Assembly (NCBI RefSeq): GCF_031769215.1
Contig: NW_026782038.1
Location: 372,001 to 436,000 of the forward strand
Direction of reading: 5' to 3'
Length of the DNA stretch: 64,000 bases
Origin: Ylistrum balloti
Taxonomy: Eukaryota
Positions 1 to 11,188 of this stretch are shown piece after piece. The position numbers and the translations under genes are program-made. Position 1 is the stretch's first letter, and the number at the start of each line of letters is the position of its first letter. The notes under the pieces were generated by a model that made no database searches, was not told where the DNA came from, and worked only from the letters and a program-made list of their open reading frames with translations.

Positions 1-47
1 AGGACATATGTACAATCAGTAACTTAAGAAGTGTGGTAAGATACTAC

Positions 48-1225
48 AAAATCTTAACCTAAACCTCACACAACAAAACACCTTAACCTAAACTTTCACC
101 ACACATACAAATCCTTAACCTAAACCATCACCAAACAAAAACCTTTAACCTAAACCTTCACCAAACAAAACAATTTAACCAAAACCTTCACCAAACATAC
201 AAAACCTTAACCTTAACCAACATACAAAACCTTAACCTAAACCTTAACCAAACACACAAAACCTTAACCTAAACCCTCATCAAACACACAAAACCTTCAC
301 CTAAACCTTCACTAAACACACAAAACCTTAACCTAAACCCTCACCAAACACACAAAACCTTAACTTAAACCTTCACCAAGCATACAAAACCTTAACCTAA
401 ACCTTCACCAAACATACTAAACCTTAACCTAAACCTTCACCAAACATACTAAACCTTAACCTAAACCTTCACCAAACATACTAAACCTTAACCTAAACCT
501 TCACCAAACATACAAAACCTTAACCTTAATCAAACATACAAAACCTTAACCTAAACCTTCACCAAACATACAAAACCTTAACCTAAACCTTCACTAAACA
601 TACAAAACCTTAACCTAAACCTTCACTAAACATACAAAACCTTAACCTAAACCTTCACCAAACATACAAAACCTTAACCTAAACCTTCACCAAACACACA
701 AAACCTTAACTTAAACCTTCACCAAACACACAAAACCTTAACTTAAACCTTCACCAAGCATACAAAACCTTAACCTAAACCCTCACCAAACACACAAAAC
801 CTTAACTTAAACCTTCACCAAGCATACAAAACCTTAACTTAAACCTTCACCAAACATACAAAACCTTAACTTAAACCTTCACCAAACACACAAAACCTTA
901 ACTTAAACATTCACCAAACATACAAAACCTTAACCTAAACCTTCACTAAACATACAAAACCTTAACCTAAACCTTCACTAAACATACAAAACCTTAACTT
1001 AAACCTTCACTAAACATACAAAACCTTAACCTAAACCTTCACTAAACATACAAAACCTTAACTTAAACCTTCACTAAACATACAAAACCTTAACCTAAAC
1101 CTTCACTAAACATACAAAACCTTAACCTAAACCTTCACTAAACATACAAAACCTTAACTTAAACATTCACCAAACATACAAAACCCTTACCTAAACATTC
1201 ACCAAACACACAAAACCTTATCCAA
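48..1225. repeat. Minisatellite, ~33-bp unit AAAACCTTAACCTAAACCTTCACCAAACATACA
   Basis: About 35 tandem copies, nearly G-free on the + strand; degenerate remnants resume at 1721-1850. Confidence 0.95.
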
Positions 1226-1240
1226 ACATTTATCAATAGT

Positions 1241-1720
1241 AACAAGAGGTACATAAGGCATTAACAGTCATCTTAGGTTCCAATTATGGTCATTGAGGAG
1301 AATTTGTTTAAATGATTTTCTTGTATTTGACAACTATGACCTTAATCAAAGGTCATGTTCATTCATCTAAAGAAACTTGGAGGTCCTTCATCCCAAAATG
1401 TTACAGCCCCAATATCAGGTCTCTGGGCCTCTCAGTTTTTGAGAAGAAGTTGTTTGAAGATTTCAGCATATGTAATCTTGAAAGTAAGTCAAGGTCATTC
1501 ACCTGAACAAACTTGGTAGCCCTTCATCACAGCATGCTACTGGCACAACATCAAGACCCTTGATCATTTTGTTATTGAGAAAAAGTCGTTTGAAGATTTT
1601 AACACATTTGACCTCTGTAACCTTGAAAATAGGTCAAGGTGATTCATGTAAATTGTTCATGACACACGGCAGACGTCGCCCGACAAAAGATGATTGCCAG
1701 AGGTCACTTGAGACTTTGTC
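1241..1720 (+). mobile_element. Truncated Helentron/HINE-like non-autonomous element
   Basis: Begins AACAAGAGG; internal TTTGACCTCTGTAACCTTGAAAATAGGTCAAGG motif shared with the 6502 element; sits between parts of the 33-bp array. Confidence 0.6.
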
Positions 1721-2004
1721 CTTAACCTAAACCTTACCCAAACATTCATCAAAATACAAAACCTGAATCCAAACGTTCATCCAAAGAACAAACACTTAAG
1801 CCCAACCATCACAAAAGGTACACAACCTAAACACAAACCTTCACCAAAGGTAAATGCAGCAATGATGTGAGACCAAATCATATTGGTTTTACTGGTAATC
1901 AGTCCTGATGTCAGTGATGAACAAACAATTAATTTACAAATATTTACATTCCTGAATATGATAAAATACATTCCACATATTCAGTACAATGGTAAATGCT
2001 TTAC

Positions 2005-5000
2005 CAGGTCCAGAGTTTTTCTTTGTTTCCTTTTTCTTAGTTCCAGAAGAAAATGAGATTTTTTTCTGCTTTAGAGGAGGTGGTATTGGTGTGGGGGTCT
2101 GGATATCATCAACACTGGTGTTCCCATTGCCCTCTTCCCCATCTTTATCATTGATGGTATCAATAAGGCTTCGTCTAAGCTTTCTGGGAGACCTTGTCAT
2201 AATTGGTGTATCGTGATAGGTTGACTGGATCATTATCTGAAAATACATATGTAGATGTACACCGTATATCAATCTCATTTTAAGATTCTGAAAATCTGAT
2301 TACTGAAAAGTTGTAACAATTCACCAAACAGAATATGTAAAAGCTGTGATCAATCTACTATATATTTTCTTGGCTTGAATCCTTTTCAACTTTATTGCTA
2401 ACAGCAATCCCACAATGCAAAATTAAAGTATTTCCAGAAATTCTATGAATCCATCAATTCTATGTGTACAGGACATGGAACTTGCATGTAAATTGATCAC
2501 TGGAAGAGTATTTTATGCTATCCCATACTTCCTAAACTACTGGTTAAAACTAAACATAGGACTATAAAGCTGTAGAAATGAGGGTATTTGCTGTGATTTC
2601 AGTAGGCATCAACCCTTTCAAAATCTACATGTAAGCAAATTATGGCAATTGAAAATGAGGTAAGACTGATGTGGCACATTGACTGCCAGAAGAGCAGACA
2701 GATAACATACAGTTCCCTATGGAAGTTGGGGGACTATACAAAGATTATACCATTGTGATAAATAGCCTGATATTTTTACTGGTACATGATATCAACAATG
2801 GGGATTCAATCTGACAAGTAATACTTTATCTGTGACAATAATGAAAAACTCTAAACCTACCTATTTTAAGGGTAGTCTTATTTTAACATGTTTTATCATG
2901 AAAGTATTGTGATAAAATAGGAGTGTGCTAATAGTCCATTCCGTATAATATTTATATAAAACAGTTATTATGGATACCTGAATTCAGCATTGCATCAACT
3001 TGCCTAAAATGATAATGCAGTTAGTTAACAGTAAACGATAACTTACTGACGGTGTTGTCTCGTCTTGAGAGTTCTCATGCTGTGACAAATGATTTTGTGT
3101 GACATCTTGATCCATATCATCAGCAGTTTCTTCCATAACTTCATCCTCTTCACTGGCACCTTCAGTCCTATTCTCAGATAGAGACCTCTTCCTTTCATCT
3201 GTTTTTTTCTCCTCAGATTCAGAATTCTGTCTTTCAGGCACATCAGCATCTGAGAAAATGTGTTCCATAGATGAACTCTTTTCATTTAGTCCCTCTACAC
3301 TCTGCTCACTTCTATCCCCTTCATAGCCTTCCCTTGACTGGTGCTGATGGACAGCCTCTATATGGTGTCCTGACCTACTTGTCTGAACTCTTAACCTTTG
3401 AATATCAACACTTCCCTTGTTTGGAGATATGGACCTATCAGTGTTGAAGTCCCTGTTACCTTGGTCTGCCTCCATCAGCACATCTTCAGCATCATCTAGC
3501 ACATTAGGTATTAACTGCAGCTCCACATTCTCACCAGAACTACTTCCAGCGGACCTTAATCTATGCCTATATGATGAACTCATCTGTTCCTTCTCATATG
3601 ATCCTTTTCTGTCTGACTGATTTAACATAGTATCTCTTGTCTCCATCTCCTCCTCCAATTCCTCTTCATAATCATCTTTACCTGTAGACCTTCCTCTCAG
3701 ACTTCTCGATAATCTGTTTTTCTTTTTATCTTCTTTCTCCACATGTGAGTGAGATTTTTTATACTTATCAATTTTGTCTTCTCTGTCTTCCCACTCCTGA
3801 TAACCATCTTCCGTATCTTTTTCCTCTTCATGACCAACACTTTGTTGCACCTGCTCCAGTCTATTAGACATATCGTCCATCCTATTGTCGATGGTCTTGT
3901 AGTGAATAGAGCTGTCTGTCTCAGATACTTTATGGCCTGATGTACTGTATCTAGTTCTTTGTGCTGTCTCTTTTGTGGACAGCTGGGAAGTATTCTCCAT
4001 ATCCTCCTTCTGAGCATGTTGCACTGTAGCATCTACAACAAAGCTGTCATTTTCAGAGTCGTGATCATCCTTAACAGCCATAGTACTGTCACCCATGCTA
4101 ACATCCCCATCTCCATCCACCTCCTCTTCTTCTTCATTCTCTACAGACTGTTCAGTAGGAATTGCTGTAAAGTGAAAGAACACTTTTATATTCAAATCTG
4201 CATTTTGAATTTCACCTTGTATATCATCTTTGATTTCATAAAATGATGAACTTTCAGTCAGTCTGAATTGGCAGGTACATCAACATAAACATTAATGTTC
4301 TGTCTGATGATACTTTGCACCCTTTCTATCCTTCTACTGAAACAATTTGGAATTGTTTAAACACATTGAGGTATCATACACAGGCCTTATTTATGACATT
4401 ATTGATATACATGTCACTTAATTACTGTTGAAAAAGTTTGATTTCATCTTTTTGCTATCACATCATGCTGGCACCTGTTGACATAACTTGAAGTCCAAAC
4501 TCCATAAAAGTGCTGGCTATAGAGCATGAAATGTTGGTATACTTTATATATAATTGTATTGTCAGAGTAACAGTGTTCACAGATATAAGGTAACCACATT
4601 ATTTTAATAAATTATGTCCAATAAATCATTGTACATGTAAGTGTAAAGCTTATAGATATGTAAACACCAATGAGATAATTCCAAATAAAACATTGACACA
4701 TAGCCCTAGTCTCAATCAACATTACTGATGTTACTACAGTTGTACTAACTTCCATCAGTTACTACAGTTGTACTAACTTCCATCAGTACATATGTACTGA
4801 TGTTACTACAGTTGTACTAACTTCCATCAGAACATATGTACTGATGTTACTACAGTTGTACTAACTTCCATCAGTACATATGTACTGATGTTACTACAGT
4901 TGTACTAACTTCCATCAGTACATAATGCACTGATGTTACTACAGTTGTACTAACTTCCATCAGTACATAATGCACTGATGTTACTACAGTTGTACTAACT

Positions 5001-8000
5001 TCCATCAGTACATAATGTACTGATGTTACTACAGTTTACTAACTTCCATCAGTACATATGTACTGATGTTACTACAGTTGTACTTACTTCCATTAGTACA
5101 TGTGTACTGATGTTACTACAGTTGTACTTACTTCCATTAGTACATATGTACTGATGTTACTACAGTTGTACTAACTTCCATCAGTACATATGTACTGATG
5201 TTACTACAGTTGTACTAACTTCCATTAGTACATATGTACTGATGTTACTACAGCTGTACTAACTTCCATCAGTACATATGCAGATGTATGTATTTTCACT
5301 TACATGTCTTCTTTATAGCGACGTCCAGCACAAAGAGAAAATTAATCCTACAATTTCATGATAATTGATTCATGCAAATTATTCAACAGGTAATCACATG
5401 GAATATCCACACACTAGTCAATATTCCAAACAGGACCATGTTTTTACTGATTGGTAGTTTCAAGGGACTTCATGCTTTGTTAATTTCACTATGTTTGCAC
5501 ATTGCCAAGCTTTCGGGCAGTGTCAACATCAACTCTGATTGATCAGACTCAAGCTCATTTATCAGAAGCATATTTTTTATAATTTGAATCGGTTTGAAAA
5601 TAGTTTTTAATTTTGTTCAGATCAACAGAAAGTTTGCAGTACTAATTGTAAACCTAAAATTCAAATTTCAACTGTAAAATAACATATATAAAGTCAAAAA
5701 TTAAATTAATCTAACCTGATAACTGGGGACTGGGTAGTGACAGATGATATATCCTGATAAATCATAAAAATGTATCCATGGAAGAGACCTGCCTATATCT
5801 AGCTCTAATCAATGACAATACCAGTTAGAATCTCATACCGTTTCCTTTACTGCTACCAAGCTATAGCTGACTTTGTCCAGTTTCGTGCTCTTACCTAGCC
5901 TTGTTAAGTGTTGCTTTAAATGTTACCTCACCTGATGTGTGTTGGTCAAATGATTGTAAAGACTTGCCTCTCATGACGTCTGTTGGCTTATCACAGTGAA
6001 GAATTACCTACCCCTTGCGAGCGGTGACTGGATAACAACTGGTATTGGGCTGCTGCTGATGAGATCAGACAGATCTGATAAATGATGGCTGCTATGGGCT
6101 GGACTGGGTTTAGATGTGGAAATTATGTACTGTGCCCGTGGAGTCACCTATGTTGTTGAGTAAAATTAAAGTTAATTCATCAATTTTTCTTTAATATGCA
6201 TTGAACTGAAATTTGAAATTTTCCATCTGGTTAAGATATTATCTACAATAAAACAATACATTTGTACACAAAACTGATCATTAAAATAAAACAATACATC
6301 TGTACATAACAATAAAACAATACATCTGTACATAACAATAAAACAATACATCTGTACATTACAATAAAACAATACATCTGTACATTACAATAAAACAATA
6401 CATCTGTACATTACAATAAAACAATACATCTGTACATAACAATAAAACAATACATCTGTACATAAAACTGATCATTACAATAAAACAAAACATCTGTACA
6501 TAACATGAGGCCCAGAGGGCCTGTATCGCTCACCAGGATCTTTATGACCAACATTACTATATCTGTGCATATGTTCCATGTTTAACACATTTGACCCCTG
6601 TGATCTTGACTATGAGTCAAGATCAGTTCTTTTACTTTCTTGGACTTCATAAAAGGAACATACTGGCCAAATATAATGATTCTAGGCTTTTCGATATTTC
6701 ATAAGAAATTGTTTTAACATTTCAACACATTTGACTCCTGTGCCCTTGAAGATTGGTCAAGGTCATTTCTTTTAGCAAACGTTGTAGGACACCATAAGAG
6801 GAACATAGTAGCCTAATATAATGATTCTAGGCCTTCCAGTATTTTGGAAGAAGTCGTTGAAATTTTTTAACACATTTGACCTCAGTGACATTAAATATGG
6901 GTCTGGGTAATTTCTTTTGGCAAACTTTGTTGGGCTTCATCAAAGGAACCTTCCAACCAAATATAATGATTCTAGGTCTTCTGGTATTTTGAAAGAAGCC
7001 GCTTAATTTTTTTTTTACACATTTGACATCTGTGACCTTGAATAAGGGTCAAGGTTATTTTATTTCACAAACTTTGTTGGGCTTCATCAAAGGAACTATC
7101 CAGCCAAATATAATTATTCTAGGCCTTCTGGTATTTTGGAAGAAGTCGTTTAAAGGATTTAACACATTTGACCTCTGTGACCTTGAATATGGGTCAAGGT
7201 CATTTCTTTTTACAAACTTTGTTTGGCTTCATCAAAGGAACCTTCAAGCCAAATATGATAACTCTACGCCTTTCGGTATTTCAGAAGAAGTTGTTTAAAT
7301 GAAAAGTTGACGGACGCCTTTGGGCCAGGTGAGCTAACAATAAAACAATACATCTGTACATTACAATAAAACAATACATCTGTACATAACAATAAAACAA
7401 TAATCTGTACATTACAATAAAACAATACATCTATACATAAAACTGATCTTGTTTCAAACAATTGCAATATCCATGTTAAAACATTTTATGTGCAATAAAT
7501 AGAATTTTTTCTTAGAAAACATACAAAATCACACACCACTTCATTTATGAAAAATGAAATAATAATTCATGTTAAGTAAGTAATTGACAAACAGGAAGTT
7601 AACAGGACAAGTTCAATAACAATGTGGGTTTTTACCTTGGCACTGAATGTATCATGATTATCATTACTTCTGCTATCTGATTTGCCAGTGTTCCAATCTC
7701 GAACAAAGTTGAAATCCCTGTTTGTTACCTGTCGCTTTCTGAAATTTATGAAAACATGATTGAATCACAAAAGTTTGAACACTAATGGTCCTAGTAATGG
7801 ACAAGGTCATCAATTTCTGCTCATGATGATACAATGTAACATGTTATCAATTAACAATTTTGCAAAACAATCCTGAAATCTGGACATCTATTACATGTTC
7901 ACAAACCTGTCATAACAGAGATATATAGATAGATGGATGAACACCGATATTCTCAACGATCCAGAGTGTCATGATTAAAAATCAGCCACACACTTAAGAG

Positions 8001-10019
8001 ATACCAACTATTTAAGAATATTTTTCTATGTTCTCAATGTCTTGTACATATAAACATGAAATAAATGTAAAAATCAACCAATCACTCTCTTATTTCTAAT
8101 GTTATCATTAACAACATATCAAGTATATTTAGATGTTACATGTCATTTGAATATTAATTTTCAATATACATATCATCGTGCAATTAAGTACAACATAACA
8201 GTGTACTGAAAATTCTTACCGTTTCTCTTTCTTATAGCATGTACCTAATCTTTTCAAAACAAGTAACATTAAGCTGAGAAAGCCCCACTTCTAACTGACT
8301 TTAACAATTATTAGTTTCTATTAACTTCATTTTGGAACAATGAATATTTACACGATATTCTAAAAGCATTTGAAATAAGGCCCTGTATAATGTTCCATAT
8401 ACCTTCTCACTGATCAACTGTAAAGAAAACAGCTAGACTAGCAAGCTAGCCAATGTCAAACTCCCCAACCCCTATACCTTGTTGCAAATTGCCAGTCAGT
8501 TTGCAAGGTTATCATTACTATCTGCACCGATTGAGTGAAACTAAGGGAAGTAACTCTGGGAGAACTAATGGGCAAATAAAAAGGTAGAAGAGAGAAATAA
8601 CAATCCTCGTCTGCTTAAAGGCCAAAAAGACGTAAAAGTGACATAAAACCTGTTAAATAAATAACTCTAAAAAGAGGTGGCTTTAATAACTTCACAGAAA
8701 ATATAATGATGGTACTCAACATTCAGAGCATTTAATATGTTTACAGTTAAATACCCTGAAACAGAAAAAAACTCATAATTTACTTTGGTGTATTACAGTT
8801 GATGAGACGACTCACTCATTGTCATCATAAAACAATCATTTGGAATCATAGTGGCATATATCAAAGAGTAAGCTAAGCATTAGTATATGAAATGTCTGTT
8901 TCCTGTGAATGTATGGCTTTAAATTACTAAGTCAGATATTGCCCTTTCAACTGTGTGGACTTCATATAGTTTCTCATACTTCCAGTTGAATAGTTTCCTT
9001 CTGCATCATCTCTTAGATCTTCCTCAACTAATTTACTGTCCAGTGTGTCCACCCTCAACAAGTCAAGTATTCTGACACTCTTCCCCACATGTCTGTCTGT
9101 TCAGGAATAGTTTTGTATGTTGTGTTGTGGGGTCCTGCTTCCAACGGATCTTTATACTTTTATAGTGTCATATCACTTTGAAAAGTAAAGAAATTGCAAT
9201 ACCCAGTCGATACCATGTTTATTTGGTCCATGCGACTGGAGCCAGCAATATGCTGATAAAGGTTGTGTATCTTGTATATATTTCTTTCCACAATTTCTCT
9301 CCACAGTTATTATTTGAATAACAATCCAGCCGAGGATTGCTTATTTCCCTCACTTCATATTGGGCTTCAGACCAATATGTAGTTGAGAGAATGTCAAAAA
9401 AATAATTAAGACAAGCTGCCCTTGAACCTCCAATTGGTGGCAAAATGTGTTAGGTTTCAAATACCTACATGCAGAGACGTATATATCACGTGATATATAC
9501 GTCTCTGCTACATTTGAGATGCAGTGAATGGACTTTTTAAAAAATTATATGATGACCTATGCCAAGCTGTTTATTTGAAAAATTTCAACTATCCAGTTTT
9601 ATTTTTTACTTGATCGCCGTCCATGAAATTGCTGATACATATATTGTCCACAGGAGCCTGATATTCTGTCATTATTTATACTTTATTTTTCCAGGACAGG
9701 AATGCTAAGATTCCTCATCACCAGACTCATGCTTTAATTAGAATTACATTTGTAAGTCTGTCACTTCCCAGTGTTTATATCTGCTCTGTAACTATAATAC
9801 CCTGCCTAGTGTCATGATGAATGGAAAATGGGTTATCTTTAAACGATTATTTGGCCTAACTCGATACACAACTCGATGTTGACAGAACATCAGACTCCTG
9901 TGCTTAGTCAGGACCTTACGGACTATCCCAGCGGTATATCTGTGTGAAGTCCCATATACATATAATTAATATACTTACGAATATCTCCGCGAAAACATCG
10001 ATGAAAAGGGCTGCGACAT
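2005..10019 (-). CDS. Uncharacterised large acidic/Ser-rich, probably disordered protein; multi-exon, 3' end unresolved (probably beyond the window)
   Basis: Phase-consistent GT-AG exon chain: 10019-9979 (MSQPFSSMFSRRYS), 9092-8980, 8244-8220 (25 nt), 7738-7636, 6147-6012 (or 6008), 4164-3047 (1118 nt, E/D/S-rich, the 403-aa ORF), 2236-2005 (ends phase 1). No recognisable domain. The 9092 acceptor is the least certain. Confidence 0.72.
4723..5281. repeat. Minisatellite, 44-bp unit with palindromic junctions
   Basis: Unit ACTGATGTTACTACAGTTGTACTAACTTCCATCAGTACATATGT, about 12 copies. Confidence 0.95.
6250..7445. repeat. Minisatellite, 26-bp unit AATAAAACAATACATCTGTACATAAC, split by an insertion
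   Basis: Copies at 6250-6501 and again at 7336-7445. Confidence 0.9.
6502..7335 (+). mobile_element. Helentron/HINE-like non-autonomous element with ~145-bp internal tandem repeats
   Basis: 5' AACATGAGGCCC...TCGCTCACCAGG and 3' CCAGGTGAGCT(AA) form a subterminal inverted repeat (CTCACC/GGTGAG). Five internal repeats starting TTAACACATTTGAC at ~6582, 6723, 6868, 7014, 7160. Confidence 0.75.
9472..9507. mobile_element. 36-bp perfect palindrome, candidate P-superfamily transposon footprint
   Basis: CAGAGACGTATATATCAC joined to its exact reverse complement; flanks CTACATG / CTACATT. Confidence 0.6.
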
Positions 10020-11188
10020 GGCTAGTCACAGCTCTTGAACTGTCAATGCGTAAGTCACCTAATCGTCAACATTTGTTTACATCTTGGTATTGGTTTAATT
10101 TGCCGCCAAAAGAATGAAAACCTCTATAAAGGGAAATAACCCAAACTTCTTTTCACACTGATATAAAATTGATTTGCTTACTATGATTTTTCATATCGTC
10201 TGCTGAAAGACCGAGAGCTCGTAATAGTGGACGTAAAACCCATTAATAAAATATGAGTTTACTTAATACAGACGTGGCATTATTCTGAGAAAAAAAATCA
10301 CCGAATACTTAAAAAATCAACAGGGGCCCAAAGTTCACAATACTAGACGCAAAACATCATCCAGTGGTAACTGAAGGTGAATTATATTTTTTGAATAGTC
10401 AACAGTTACCAAAATGTTTTTAATGATTCTTTGTCTCTGTATCTAAGTCCATGATGTTGTATTGGTTTATACTTTCCTGGTATTTGAGGGTTTCCTTTCC
10501 AATGTCAAAGTGAATGTTTGTGGTAAGCGTTCTGTGTATGTAGAGCGTTTAAAAACATATTATTGACTTTGATTATTTCAGTCGTTTGGCATTTGGAAAT
10601 GTTTACATTTTAGAACCATTTTGAAACCTCGGTAAAATTGCTTACTTATGTAAACGTTTGAGCGGTATAAGGCGATACCACTGACCTAGATATCTGATTT
10701 AAGTCCGTGGGAAGATATCCCAAAACAAAATAAGCAAAAAAGTCAATGTTGCTATTCAAAGAGTTAAAATTACTGACAGTGGCAACTTTTTTATAATGAG
10801 TGCAAAGTTGTTAACGTCCACAATGGGCACCGTTGGGAATAAATGTCTCTTGTAATGCATAATTTACAGGACTTAAAAATTATACGCCGGCACTTTAAAT
10901 TATCTGAATTCGTTGCCAGGAAGAGGTCTATTTTCATCTCGAATCTGCCATCAAAGTTTTAAATCTTGATACAGTTAAATTGTTGATGTTTTATCTCATC
11001 ATTTGAAACTATATGCCTAAATAGGTATCTGGTTTGATGACTCAGCAATGGGGTGCCACGTGTGGTGTAGGGGAGATAACTAATAGAGACGATTGAAAAG
11101 CGTTATTGTAATCGAATGCGCCGCGTGTTAATCGGACACCCTCGGTAATTTTCCTTCTTACTTCATTTAGGCCTTTCAACATAACAAG
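10020..11188. promoter_or_regulatory. Putative bidirectional promoter region (acidic-protein gene / XYLT)
   Basis: Head-to-head ATGs 1169 bp apart; CpG dinucleotides are visibly more frequent than in the surrounding introns. Confidence 0.5.

Noticed and set aside
48-1225. Telomere-like CCTAA/CCTAAA content
   Set aside because: The motifs are embedded in a 33-bp unit, not a pure hexamer array, and the gene appears to continue leftward.
2984-4195. CENP-C/CENP-T identity for the acidic protein
   Set aside because: Only compositional similarity; no CENP-C motif, cupin or histone fold is visible in the window.
4262-4336. Exon-like segment RRIERVQSIIRQNINVYVDVPANSD
   Set aside because: It ends in a stop with no convincing donor.
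5932-5986. Exon-like segment PTDVMRGKSLQSFDQHTS with a GTGAG donor
   Set aside because: It needs a phase-0 upstream donor and lies only ~25 nt from the previous exon, so it cannot be placed consistently.
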